Assembly: GCA_002316315.1 (NCBI GenBank)
Contig: DCDG01000018.1
Location: 56,074-120,073 of the forward strand
Reading direction: 5' to 3'
DNA length: 64,000 nt
Source: Candidatus Aminicenantes bacterium UBA1061
Lineage (GTDB): Bacteria > Acidobacteriota > Aminicenantia > Aminicenantales > Saccharicenantaceae
The position numbers were made by a program, and so were the translations under genes. The notes beneath the pieces were generated by a model. It saw only the letters and a program-made list of their open reading frames with translations. It ran no database searches and was not told the origin of the DNA. This document shows positions 10,922-20,692 of the stretch, in pieces; position 1 is the stretch's first letter; each line of letters begins with the position of its first letter.

Positions 10922-11848
10922 ATGATAGAAACTGAACACCTGCAAAAGAAATATGGAGATCTGGTAGCTGTTGAGGATCTCAGCTTTAAGGTTGATTCCG
11001 GCCAGATCTGGGGCTTGCTCGGACCCAATGCGGCTGGCAAAACCACCACCATGAGAATTCTGACTGGCTTCCTGCCAGCCACCAGCGGGCGGGCAATCGT
11101 GGCTGGCTATGACGTTTTTGAACAGGCTGAGAAGGTGAAAAAAGAAATTGGCTATCTACCAGAAACAGTTCCTCTTTATCCGGAAATGACAGTAGAAGCT
11201 TATCTTGGCTTTGTAGCCGAAATTAAGCAGGTACCAAAAACCAGTAAAAAGGCAGCTATCGACCGAGCCGTAGAAATTACTGGCCTACCAGCTGTCAGGA
11301 AAAGGCTTGTCAAGAATATTTCCCGAGGTTACCGGCAGAGACTGGGCCTGGCTCAGGCCTTAATTCACAATCCCAAAGTCATCATCATGGATGAACCAAC
11401 CATCGGCCTTGACCCGGCTCAAATTGTCGAAATCCGGCAGTTAATCAAATCTCTCAGAGGCGAACACACCATCATGCTCTCGACTCATATTCTGGCCGAG
11501 GTTACTCAGATTTGTGATGGCGTGGTCATAATCAATGAAGGTAAATTGATGGCTTCTGGCCGCCTGGATGAATTAACCTCAGCTTATCGGGAGAAAGACG
11601 GCGTTTATCTCAGGCTTAAAAAAGCTGATGACGAAGTTTTAAATTTTTTAGGCGGGCTGCCAGGGATAGAAAATGTCACCAGAGAAGGAGAAGAAATCCG
11701 ACTGGAATGGGACAGGAATAACGATCGGCGGGAAGAAGTGGTTAAATTTTGTCTTGATAAACAGCTTGGCCTTCTCGAGATGCGTTCCTTGGCCCTAACT
11801 ATTGAAGAGCTGTATTTGAGAATTGTGTCAGGAGGGATAGAACAATGA
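10922..11848 (+). CDS. ABC transporter ATP-binding protein (GldA-like)
   Basis: Walker A GPNAAGKTT, the ABC signature and Walker B are present. It is the first gene of an ATPase-permease-GldG-like-DUF4340 cluster. Confidence 0.8.
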   Translation: MIETEHLQKKYGDLVAVEDLSFKVDSGQIWGLLGPNAAGKTTTMRILTGFLPATSGRAIVAGYDVFEQAEKVKKEIGYLPETVPLYPEMTVEAYLGFVAEIKQVPKTSKKAAIDRAVEITGLPAVRKRLVKNISRGYRQRLGLAQALIHNPKVIIMDEPTIGLDPAQIVEIRQLIKSLRGEHTIMLSTHILAEVTQICDGVVIINEGKLMASGRLDELTSAYREKDGVYLRLKKADDEVLNFLGGLPGIENVTREGEEIRLEWDRNNDRREEVVKFCLDKQLGLLEMRSLALTIEELYLRIVSGGIEQ

Positions 11849-12612
11849 AAGCTATCTGGTCAATTATTAAGAAAGAGCTTCTCTCCTATTTCACTTCGCC
11901 TATTGCTTATATAATTATCTTTACCTTTCTCCTTCTTTCTGGTTTCTTCTTCTACAGCCTGGTTTCCTGGTTTAATTCAGTAGCCATGCAGCTTGCCCAG
12001 AATCCATACTATTACCAGCAGATAAATATCAACCAGATGGTGTTTTCGCCTTTTTTCCACAATCTAAGTATTGTCCTGTTGCTGATGTTGCCTCTTCTTT
12101 CCATGAGGCTTTTTTCTGAAGAGAAAAAGATGGGCACCGAGGAATTGCTGTTTACCTCCCCTATTTCTGTTACTCAGATTATTACCGGCAAATACCTGGC
12201 TTCGCTTCTGATTCTCCTCATTATGCTAGTCTTAAGCGCCATTCCAGCTGTTTTTACTTTTATTTACGGCAACCCTGAGGTCATGCCTTTTCTTCTCGGC
12301 TACCTGGGTTTATTTCTGATGGGTGCGGCTTTCTTAGGATTGGGTATTTTCTGGTCAGCAATTACCGAGAATCAGATTGTCTCAGCTGTTTTGACGTTTG
12401 GTACTCTGCTTCTTTTCTGGGTTCTCAGCTGGGTTGGTTATTCAGCCCACGGGCTGTGGCAGAGTGTTCTTAATTATCTATCGTTCTTCGAACATTTTGA
12501 CAGTATGACTAAAGGCATTTTTGATACAACTGACCTTGTTTATTACCTTAGCTTTGCCTTTTTTGGCCTTTTCCTAACCCATTCCGTCATTCAATCAAGA
12601 AGATGGAGGTGA
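11845..12612 (+). CDS. ABC-2 type transporter permease (GldF-like)
   Basis: 255 aa polytopic membrane protein. Overlaps the upstream ATPase gene by 4 bp. Confidence 0.7.
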   Translation: MKAIWSIIKKELLSYFTSPIAYIIIFTFLLLSGFFFYSLVSWFNSVAMQLAQNPYYYQQININQMVFSPFFHNLSIVLLLMLPLLSMRLFSEEKKMGTEELLFTSPISVTQIITGKYLASLLILLIMLVLSAIPAVFTFIYGNPEVMPFLLGYLGLFLMGAAFLGLGIFWSAITENQIVSAVLTFGTLLLFWVLSWVGYSAHGLWQSVLNYLSFFEHFDSMTKGIFDTTDLVYYLSFAFFGLFLTHSVIQSRRWR

Positions 12613-12616
12613 GCCC

Positions 12617-14188
12617 ATGTCCTGGTTAAAAAAATATATAAATTATGCTGGCCTGACCCTCATAGTTCTGTCCTTTATTCTACTCATTATCTGGCCCCAA
12701 TATCAGAAGATTGCCCTGATTCTCGTTCTGGCTGGCCTGGCACTTCTTATTCTTTACCTTTTCCTTAATTTGTCGAGCTTTAAAGAAAGTCTCCAGCGCC
12801 GTTCTTTCCTTTATTCCAGCAATATGTTGTTAATAATTATCCTGGTGCTCGGCCTGCTGGTCGTGGTTAACTTTTTTTTCGCCCGGCATCATTACCGGGT
12901 TGATTTTACGGCGGCCAAAATTCATAGCCTGTCTGATCAGTCAATCAAGGTGGTCAAAAACCTCAACCAGGATATTTCCATCAAGGCTTTCTTTCGAGAA
13001 GGTAATGTCGGGCGGACCACCATGGAAAACCTGCTGAAAATCTACGCCTATCATTCACCCAAAATTAAATATGAATTTATCGACCCGGATAAAAACCCGG
13101 GCCTTGTCAAAAAATATGGCATCACCGAGGATGGCACCACCGTCTTTGAATTAGGAGATAAGGACATCCGGATTGCCACCACTTCGGAAGAAGATATCAC
13201 CAATGCCATTATTAAACTCACCAGAGAAAAAAAGAAGACTATTTATTTTCTGGAAGGACATGGTGAGAGTTCCATAGAAGATACCGGTGACAGCGGTTTC
13301 AGCACAGCCAGGAGTGAACTAGAAAAGATCGGCTACGAAGTAAAGAAACTCCCCCTGGCCTTATCTTCGAATTTTCCAGCTGATTGCAGCCTGCTGATCA
13401 TTCCCGGGCCGAAAGCAGCCTTGCTGCCCAACGAGCTTGACACAATGAAGCAATATCTTGATCAGGGCGGCCGCCTATTATTTATGATTGATCCTGAAAC
13501 AACTACCGGACTGGAAGCCTGGTTGGCTAACTATGGAATAAGAATCGAAAATGACATTGTCGTCGACCGCGTTTCTCGCCTCCTCGGCGGCGATTATTTT
13601 ATGCCAGCCGTGACTGAATATGAAATGCATGAGATTACTAAAAATTTCCGTTATGCCACTTTTTATCCTTTGTCCAGATCAATTGAGCTGACCGACAGCA
13701 AGCCGGAGGGCTTGACCCTGACTCCCATAGCCAAAACGAGTGCCAATTCCTGGTCAGAAAGGCAGCTCGACCAGTCAGAAGTTTCTTTTGATCCGGATAA
13801 AGATAAAGCCGGGCCTGTTTCCTTAGTGGTGGTTGGCAGTAAAAAGGTTACGATTAATAATCCGAACGAACCTGATAAAACGGCTGAAGACCAGGAAATA
13901 AATTCCTTCTCCGACCGGGAATTAAGGCTGGCTGTTTTTGGCGATTCCGATTTTATTACCAACAAGTACTACAATTTCTCTGGCAACGGCAATTTCTTTC
14001 TTAATACAATCAACTGGCTGACTGAAGAGGAAGACTTAATTTCTATTCAGCCCAGGACTCAAGTTCCACGGATGATTCAACTGAGCCCCAGCCAGGGCCG
14101 ACTCCTGATGTTTGTCTCAATTATTCTGCTGCCAGCTCTGATCCTGTTTATCGGGCTTGGTGTCTGGCTCAGAAGGAGATCGCTATGA
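12617..14188 (+). CDS. GldG-like ABC transporter auxiliary component
   Basis: 523 aa with N- and C-terminal transmembrane segments around a large periplasmic domain. Its position after the ABC ATPase and permease matches the gldA-gldF-gldG order. Confidence 0.65.
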   Translation: MSWLKKYINYAGLTLIVLSFILLIIWPQYQKIALILVLAGLALLILYLFLNLSSFKESLQRRSFLYSSNMLLIIILVLGLLVVVNFFFARHHYRVDFTAAKIHSLSDQSIKVVKNLNQDISIKAFFREGNVGRTTMENLLKIYAYHSPKIKYEFIDPDKNPGLVKKYGITEDGTTVFELGDKDIRIATTSEEDITNAIIKLTREKKKTIYFLEGHGESSIEDTGDSGFSTARSELEKIGYEVKKLPLALSSNFPADCSLLIIPGPKAALLPNELDTMKQYLDQGGRLLFMIDPETTTGLEAWLANYGIRIENDIVVDRVSRLLGGDYFMPAVTEYEMHEITKNFRYATFYPLSRSIELTDSKPEGLTLTPIAKTSANSWSERQLDQSEVSFDPDKDKAGPVSLVVVGSKKVTINNPNEPDKTAEDQEINSFSDRELRLAVFGDSDFITNKYYNFSGNGNFFLNTINWLTEEEDLISIQPRTQVPRMIQLSPSQGRLLMFVSIILLPALILFIGLGVWLRRRSL

Positions 14189-15576
14189 AATTCAAAACCA
14201 CCATTATTCTGTTGATCGTGTTTATTCTGGTTTTGGGTGGGGTCCTTCTGGTTGAACATAAATCCAAACAAGCAAAGGGAAAAAAAGAAAAGGAAGAGAT
14301 GCTGACCGATTTTCAGGTCAGCGACGTGGAGAAACTTCAGCTGACTGGACCCGGTCAGACGTCCATTACTATTAAGAAAGATGAACAGGACAACTGGCAG
14401 ATTATTGAGCCACTGGTAGCTCAAGCTGACAGTTATGAAGTTAACAGCCTGCTAGAAACTCTGGCCAGCTTGAGAATTGAACATGTGGTTGATAGTCAGC
14501 CGGCCGATCTGAAAGAGTATGGTTTCACTCAAAAGGAAATTAAAATCTGGTTAAAAGAGCAAAACGAACCGGTAGTGATTTTAACCGGCATGGACAGTCC
14601 TCTGGATGGCACACTTTATGCCAGAAGAGGGGATGAAAGCAAGGTAGTGCTTCTTCCCGGCTACGTGAAAAGCAGCCTTGATAAAAATCTTTTTGATTTG
14701 AGAAACAAACAGATTATCGAATTTGATCCGAACGAAGTACAATCAATTGAATTCAGATCAAAAGAGATTGCCTGGAAATTGGCCAAAAAGGAAGACGGCT
14801 GGTATTTAGTCAGTCCGGTAGAAGCCCTGGCCTCGAGTTCAAGGGTTGATTCTATGCTGTATAGCATATCAACCATCAAAGCTAAAGACTATCTGGCAGA
14901 AGAGAAAAGTCCGGAAGACTTAAAGAGCTATGGACTGGATCAACCAGAATATAGCCTTAGACTGGTACTGGCTGACGGCCGGGAAATAATCCTGAGTCTC
15001 AATAAAAAAGATGAAAAAGTCATGGCTACGAGTACTCATCTGGCCAAAATTGTAGAAGTTGACAGTCAGATAATAAGCGATATCTCCCTGAAGGCCAACG
15101 AGTTGAGAGAAAAAAAGATAGCTCTGTTTAACAGCTGGGAGGCATTCGAGCTAACCGTCAAAAAGAGTGACCGATCCTTTTCAGTCATAAAAGAAAAATC
15201 CGCGGAAAAAGGTCCGGAAGAAGAAAACTGGTATTTAATCGGGGAGAATGGACAAAAAGAGCTGGCCGATAGCTCAAAGGTGGAATCATTTTTGAGGAAA
15301 TTAGAATACCTGGAAGCGATAGATTTCGTTGACCAGCCAGAAGCTTCAAAAAATTACGGGCTGGATAAGCCCGAATACGAAATTACAATTAAAGTTCAGA
15401 ACGAGGATAATAAGGGAAAATCAATCCACCTGCTCTTTGGCCAGAAACTTGAAGGTAAAAACCAGATAGTAATCAGAAACAGCAATTTTAACTACCTCTT
15501 TTTGATTGAGGCCAATTCTATTGCCGATTGGCCAGCCGGAACTGAGGGTTTCAAACCATTTGAAATCACGAACTAA
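14185..15576 (+). CDS. DUF4340-like protein (accessory to the GldG-like component)
   Basis: 463 aa with an N-terminal transmembrane anchor. Overlaps the gldG-like gene by 4 bp, and DUF4340 genes typically follow gldG homologs. Confidence 0.55.
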   Translation: MKFKTTIILLIVFILVLGGVLLVEHKSKQAKGKKEKEEMLTDFQVSDVEKLQLTGPGQTSITIKKDEQDNWQIIEPLVAQADSYEVNSLLETLASLRIEHVVDSQPADLKEYGFTQKEIKIWLKEQNEPVVILTGMDSPLDGTLYARRGDESKVVLLPGYVKSSLDKNLFDLRNKQIIEFDPNEVQSIEFRSKEIAWKLAKKEDGWYLVSPVEALASSSRVDSMLYSISTIKAKDYLAEEKSPEDLKSYGLDQPEYSLRLVLADGREIILSLNKKDEKVMATSTHLAKIVEVDSQIISDISLKANELREKKIALFNSWEAFELTVKKSDRSFSVIKEKSAEKGPEEENWYLIGENGQKELADSSKVESFLRKLEYLEAIDFVDQPEASKNYGLDKPEYEITIKVQNEDNKGKSIHLLFGQKLEGKNQIVIRNSNFNYLFLIEANSIADWPAGTEGFKPFEITN

Positions 15577-15592
15577 TTCTGATAATAATTAA

Positions 15593-16696
15593 TTGATGGA
15601 CGAGACAAAAGGCGGGCCGCTGGGTAATCAGCAGGAAAGCCTTAATATGACGAAAGTCTGCGAGTCTATCAGAGAGCTTGTCCTGGTCAGAAATACAGAT
15701 GAGTTACTCCTCCGGCTGCTGCAGAAAGCATCTTCTCTTGGCCAGGCTGAGCTGGCTAGCTTTTTGATTAAAGATCAGGCCACAGGGGATCTCAGATATG
15801 CTCTAAGCCTGGGGGAAAAAGCGGATACTCTAAAGGACAGGCTGGTTAGAAAGGGTGAAGGTGTTTGCGGTCTGGCAGCTGAAACCAGCCAAAACATTAT
15901 TATCACTGATACCAGGGAGGATCCAAGATTTAACTCTGAAATTGATAAGTTACCCGAGACCGAAATAAAGAGCCTGATGGTTGTCCCCTTCCGGGTGGAA
16001 AGGTCAGTTTTTGGAGTTATCTACCTGATTAACGGACCCGGCAAAAAAGCTTTCTCTCTCGAAGAATTCAAACTTGTCCAGACGCTGGTGAACTTTGCTG
16101 AACTGTCCCTCGAACGGCTTATTCTGGTTAAAGAGCTGAATCAGCTGGAAGATTATGATAGCCTGACCCAGACTTATAATCCTAAAACTTTTTTTACCTA
16201 CTTCCAGAGAGAAATTGACCGCTGCCAGAGGTACGGCTACGATCTGTCGCTATTACAAATTGATGTTGATTATTTCGAGAAAATAATTCAGACTTTTGGC
16301 CAGGAAGCTGGTGACCGGGTCTTAACCAATCTCAGTTTTATTTTGAAAAAAACCACTCGGCGTGTAGATCTGGTAGCAAGAATTGAACTTAATAAATTTC
16401 TAGTACTTCTCCCCGACACCGGCCGGGCCGGAGCGCTCAAATTAAGAGAAAGGCTTCTCAAGATTCTGGACACCCAGAACCTGAGATCAACAGGTATTCC
16501 TTATACTGTAACCATCGATGTTTATTCGGAATCAGGAACAGAAGCAGCTAAATTTTACCGGCTGCCTCAGATCAATGCCTGGATTAATCAGATTAAAAAC
16601 AGGAATCATAAAAGGAAATATCCTACTCCAGGTGAGGAACTGGCTGAACTCGTTCTGAGCACGCTGCTTGCCACCAAAAAACAAATTGTTTCCTGA
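15593..16696 (+). CDS. GAF domain protein with a degenerate GGDEF-like domain
   Basis: A GAF-like N-terminal half is followed by a diguanylate-cyclase-like fold. The GG(D/E)EF position reads RIELNKF, so the protein is probably catalytically inactive. Confidence 0.55.
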   Translation: MMDETKGGPLGNQQESLNMTKVCESIRELVLVRNTDELLLRLLQKASSLGQAELASFLIKDQATGDLRYALSLGEKADTLKDRLVRKGEGVCGLAAETSQNIIITDTREDPRFNSEIDKLPETEIKSLMVVPFRVERSVFGVIYLINGPGKKAFSLEEFKLVQTLVNFAELSLERLILVKELNQLEDYDSLTQTYNPKTFFTYFQREIDRCQRYGYDLSLLQIDVDYFEKIIQTFGQEAGDRVLTNLSFILKKTTRRVDLVARIELNKFLVLLPDTGRAGALKLRERLLKILDTQNLRSTGIPYTVTIDVYSESGTEAAKFYRLPQINAWINQIKNRNHKRKYPTPGEELAELVLSTLLATKKQIVS

Positions 16697-16722
16697 AATC
16701 AACTGCATCCGGACAGTCTGAT

Positions 16723-17901
16723 TCAAAAAAGACCAGCAGTCTGATGCTTTTGATATATCTCATCAACCAGTTTAGAAAGAAGTGTCAGGTCTTCCGGCCG
16801 CGGATCACCCTTAATTTGAACCGGGTTTAAAAGCTCGAACCTGACACTATCAAGCATTGACTTAAGCTGGTCAAGCGCTCTTGATTTCCAGCCATAAGAG
16901 CCGATAAAACCGGCAAACAGAGCTTTCGGTCTTAAAGCATTAACCAGAAAAACAGCTTCTGCCACCAGCGGATGGAGGCCGGTCAAAATGGTAGGCGAAG
17001 CTACAATAATAGTGGCTGCCTCGACCAGTGACATAGCCAGATGACCGAGATCAGTCACCGCCAGGTTAAAGGGCATAACCTTAATACCTCTGCCTGCCAG
17101 TTCACAGATAAGGTGGTCAACCATCCTGGCCGTCGAGCCATGCATACTGGCCCAGGCAATAAGAACTGAGTTTTCAGGCTGGTCGTCCACCCATTTTTTA
17201 TAGGCATCGATAATAAAGGCTGACCTGGCATAAATTGGACCATGACTGGGGGCAACAACCTTCACTTCCAGCCCTTCTACCACCGGTAGATTCTTCTGGA
17301 TGATCTTTCTAAAAGGCATCATGATCTCGGCAAAATAACGTTTGGCTGGTTCATAAATCCGTTCTTCGTCTTTAACCATCAGATCAGAAGAAGCCAGATG
17401 AGAGCCGAACAGATCGCAGCTAAAAAGGATTTTATCTTCCTCAAGATAGCTGAGCATCGTCTCCGGCCAGTGAACCCAGGGAAAATGAACAAAGCGAATG
17501 GTGCGGCCGCCAAGATCAAGCCGCTCTCCATCAGTCACAGTTTTTATTCTGTCTTCAGCTATATGAAGATGAGTAATAATTAAATCTCTGGCGGCGGGTG
17601 TAGCCAGCAACCTGGCCTGTGGATAACGGTTGAGCACATAGGGAATCAAGCCAGAGTGATCCTGCTCAAGATGATTGGCAATGACCAGATCTATTTTAGG
17701 GAATTCGTTTAAATGGCTCTCCAGAACATCTTTTTTGGTCGGATCAACGGCATCAATCAGGACGGTCAGATTCTTCCCCTGAACAATATAAGCATTGTAA
17801 CTGGTCCCCTCAGGAAGAGGAATAAGCGAGTCAAACAACCGCCGGTCCCAGTCTTCCGCTCCTACCCAGAATATTCCGTCGAAAAGTTTTTTAGCCACCA
17901 T
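16723..17901 (-). CDS. Flavodiiron protein (FprA family; metallo-beta-lactamase plus flavodoxin domains)
   Basis: The di-iron ligand motif HLEQDHSG (H-x-E-x-D-H) is present. The length of about 390 aa fits a class A flavodiiron protein. Confidence 0.75.
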   Translation of the reverse strand: MVAKKLFDGIFWVGAEDWDRRLFDSLIPLPEGTSYNAYIVQGKNLTVLIDAVDPTKKDVLESHLNEFPKIDLVIANHLEQDHSGLIPYVLNRYPQARLLATPAARDLIITHLHIAEDRIKTVTDGERLDLGGRTIRFVHFPWVHWPETMLSYLEEDKILFSCDLFGSHLASSDLMVKDEERIYEPAKRYFAEIMMPFRKIIQKNLPVVEGLEVKVVAPSHGPIYARSAFIIDAYKKWVDDQPENSVLIAWASMHGSTARMVDHLICELAGRGIKVMPFNLAVTDLGHLAMSLVEAATIIVASPTILTGLHPLVAEAVFLVNALRPKALFAGFIGSYGWKSRALDQLKSMLDSVRFELLNPVQIKGDPRPEDLTLLSKLVDEIYQKHQTAGLF

Positions 17902-18034
17902 TCATTCCTCCACCATTAGTTTTTATCTGAATTATTTTTTTATCTTAATTATTTCTTTTATTCTATACTAATTTACTAAGATTTCAAAAAGATTTATAAT
18001 AATCGTCAGGGGTAATCGGCTGCTGAAAATTATT

Positions 18035-18469
18035 TCAAGCCTCTGGAAAATTTTTTTTGGTAAAATATTTAATTTCAGGATGTGGTTCGTAACCTAGCTG
18101 GATAAAAAGATTAATAGAAGCTGAATTATGTTCCTCAATCAAGGCAGCAACTAGCAGCAGACCTTTTTTCCGCAGTTCTTCTTCTGCTCTTTTTATCAAT
18201 AGAGTACCCAGACCCTGCCGCCGTAAATCAGGATGTACAGCTAAACGGTTAATCCAGCCTTTACGTCCATCATGAGTTGCCAGAACCGTACCAATTATTC
18301 TGTTGCCTTTTTCAGCTACTAAAAAAATGACCTGGTCAAGCTTTATCTGCTGCTCAAGCTGTGCCCGGTTATCCCGTCCCTTAAGCTTGAGCGGCAAATT
18401 GTCCAGTTGCCAGAGGTTTATGACTTCTTCATAATCGCTTATTTCAAAATTTCTGATCAAAACCTCCAC
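18035..18469 (-). CDS. GNAT family N-acetyltransferase
   Basis: 144 aa. Contains the acetyl-CoA binding motif RRQGLGTLL. Confidence 0.7.
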   Translation of the reverse strand: MEVLIRNFEISDYEEVINLWQLDNLPLKLKGRDNRAQLEQQIKLDQVIFLVAEKGNRIIGTVLATHDGRKGWINRLAVHPDLRRQGLGTLLIKRAEEELRKKGLLLVAALIEEHNSASINLFIQLGYEPHPEIKYFTKKNFPEA

Positions 18470-18484
18470 CCAAGCCTCCTCGTC

Positions 18485-19120
18485 TCAGCGAAGCAGAATA
18501 AAAATAATCAAAACCCAGGCCAGATAGCTCAAACTGCCGGTTATCAAACTGTATCCTCTTTTTGTCCAGCGACGGGCAGTTACGGTCAGACAGCTAGCCA
18601 GCCAGCCAGAAAGAAGGGCTATAACTATCAAACTGATATAAACCGATTGAAACCAGCCGGGATTAGAAAGCAAGTCAACCCATTCTTTTTGAGACATACC
18701 CAGAAGATATAAAACAGAGGTAAAAAAATGCGGCAGCCATAGCCAGAATAAAAAAGGGTAAAAACTCAGGGCCAGGCCAGCCGACAGCTGTCTCCAGCTT
18801 AACTTTTTCGCTCCGGCTATCTTGAAATTCATTCTGGCCAGCCAGCTCACCAGGAGCCAGCTCACCATTAACCAGGGTATAAATAAAACCGCCTGCCAGA
18901 CAAAATAGTTTTCAAGCCCCAAAGGCAAAATCAAGGGTACGGCCGGAACGTTGCCACTAAAGGCCTGAATAATTGAAGTCAAGGAAAACATCAAGCCAAA
19001 AAGAATCAGGCCTGAACAGGTTCTCGTCCACAGCCCTGAGGACAACTGACGCTCTAATAACTCGCCATTTTTATCTGGCCTTAATATTGCTCTTAAAACA
19101 GTCTTGATTACCCTCTCCAT
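18485..19120 (-). CDS. Polytopic membrane protein (Yip1-like?)
   Basis: 211 aa with about 5 predicted transmembrane helices. No diagnostic motif was found. Confidence 0.35.
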   Translation of the reverse strand: MERVIKTVLRAILRPDKNGELLERQLSSGLWTRTCSGLILFGLMFSLTSIIQAFSGNVPAVPLILPLGLENYFVWQAVLFIPWLMVSWLLVSWLARMNFKIAGAKKLSWRQLSAGLALSFYPFLFWLWLPHFFTSVLYLLGMSQKEWVDLLSNPGWFQSVYISLIVIALLSGWLASCLTVTARRWTKRGYSLITGSLSYLAWVLIIFILLR

Positions 19121-19143
19121 GACTGGAAACCCTTAAAACAATC

Positions 19144-20661
19144 TCAATATATAAATAGATTCTTGGAGGCAAAAAACGGGTCGCTGGTCAAATTAAGATT
19201 AAGCCGCCTTAATCCTGTTTCATCACCAGGAGTCGGCACATGGGTCAGGTGCATTTCGCAGCCCTTTAACTCTTTAAGCTGGTCGAGGGCTAACTGGGTG
19301 GCCGGACTGGCCGAGGAAGTAATCGCCAGGCAGGTCAGCACCTCGGTTAAATCAAGACTCAAGGCTTTGCCTCCAAAAATATCCTGTTTGAGATAAGAGG
19401 CCCTCTCCAGTGCTGCCGGGGGTAAAAGATGGATATGATCAGGAATGCCGGCCAGGATTTTCAAGGCATTCAAAGTGGCACTGGAAGCGGCATGCATTAA
19501 AGGGGAATTACTCCCCTTAACGATCCGCCCGTCCTTTAGCTCAATAGCTGCTCCGACATAAATTCCATTATGACCTTTGTTCTTAAGCCTGGCTTCGGCA
19601 GCCGCCTCCCGGGCTGGAACAACGACTTGCCGGTCCTCAGGCTTAAGATTCATTTCCTTCATCAGGAGTTCCGCTCTTTCCACTGCCGACTGCTCACAAA
19701 AGCCCAGAAGAAATTCACATTGATAGCGAAAATAACGCCTGATAATTTCCTGACGGGCGGCTTCCTGCACCACTTCATCATCAATTATTCCACGGCTAAC
19801 TACGTTGAGACCCATATCGGTTGGCGACTTGTAAATAAACCCGTCTCCAGAGATTCTACTTAGTATCCGCCTTAAAAGGGGGAAAGCCTCGACATCCCGG
19901 TTATAATTGATGGCTCGCTGGTTGTAGGCTTCAAGATGAAAAGGATCAACCAGGTTAAAATCCCCCAGATCGGCTGTAGCGGCTTCATATGCAACATTAA
20001 CCGGATGCTTCAGCGGTAGGTCCCAGATGGGGAAAGTTTCAAACTTAGCATAGCCAGCCCGTCGGCCCCGGCGGTATTCATGATAGAGTTGAGAAAGGCA
20101 GGTGGCCAGTTTTCCGCTGCCCGGCCCTGGACCGGTAACGACGACCAGTGGTCTGGTGACTTCGATGAACTGATTGGCTCCATAGCCCTGATCGCTTACC
20201 ACGGTATCAATATCAGTCGGATAACCACGGGTGAAACGGTGGGTATAAACCTTTATTCCCTGCCGTTGCAGCCGGTTAGCAAAGACTCTGACTGAAGCCT
20301 GTTCCTCATAACGGGTGATGACCACAGCCAAAATTTCAAGCCCCCACTCAGCCAGATCATCAATTAGCTTTAAAGCATCGGCATCATAAGTAATGCCAAA
20401 ATCTGCCCTGAGCTTTCTTCTTTCAATGTCACCGGCATAAATGCAGAGAATGATATCAAGCTGGTCTTTCAGAGCTTCGAACAATTTTACCTTGACGTTG
20501 GGATCATAACCCGGTAAAACCCTGGCTGCATGAAAATCATTTAAAATCTTTCCGCCAAATTCAAGATAAAGGCGATCAGGGAAAAGGGCCAGCCGGCGTG
20601 AAATGGCCGCAGCCTGTTCCTTTAAATAGACTTCACTGTCAAAACCTTTTTTACGGATCAT
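19144..20661 (-). CDS. UPF0371/DUF1846 family protein
   Basis: 505 aa. The N-terminus (...YLEFGGKILNDFHAARVLPGYDPNVKVKL) matches the conserved start of DUF1846 proteins. Confidence 0.65.
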   Translation of the reverse strand: MIRKKGFDSEVYLKEQAAAISRRLALFPDRLYLEFGGKILNDFHAARVLPGYDPNVKVKLFEALKDQLDIILCIYAGDIERRKLRADFGITYDADALKLIDDLAEWGLEILAVVITRYEEQASVRVFANRLQRQGIKVYTHRFTRGYPTDIDTVVSDQGYGANQFIEVTRPLVVVTGPGPGSGKLATCLSQLYHEYRRGRRAGYAKFETFPIWDLPLKHPVNVAYEAATADLGDFNLVDPFHLEAYNQRAINYNRDVEAFPLLRRILSRISGDGFIYKSPTDMGLNVVSRGIIDDEVVQEAARQEIIRRYFRYQCEFLLGFCEQSAVERAELLMKEMNLKPEDRQVVVPAREAAAEARLKNKGHNGIYVGAAIELKDGRIVKGSNSPLMHAASSATLNALKILAGIPDHIHLLPPAALERASYLKQDIFGGKALSLDLTEVLTCLAITSSASPATQLALDQLKELKGCEMHLTHVPTPGDETGLRRLNLNLTSDPFFASKNLFIY

Positions 20662-20692
20662 TTATATCTACTACCCATTTAGTTATAACTCT

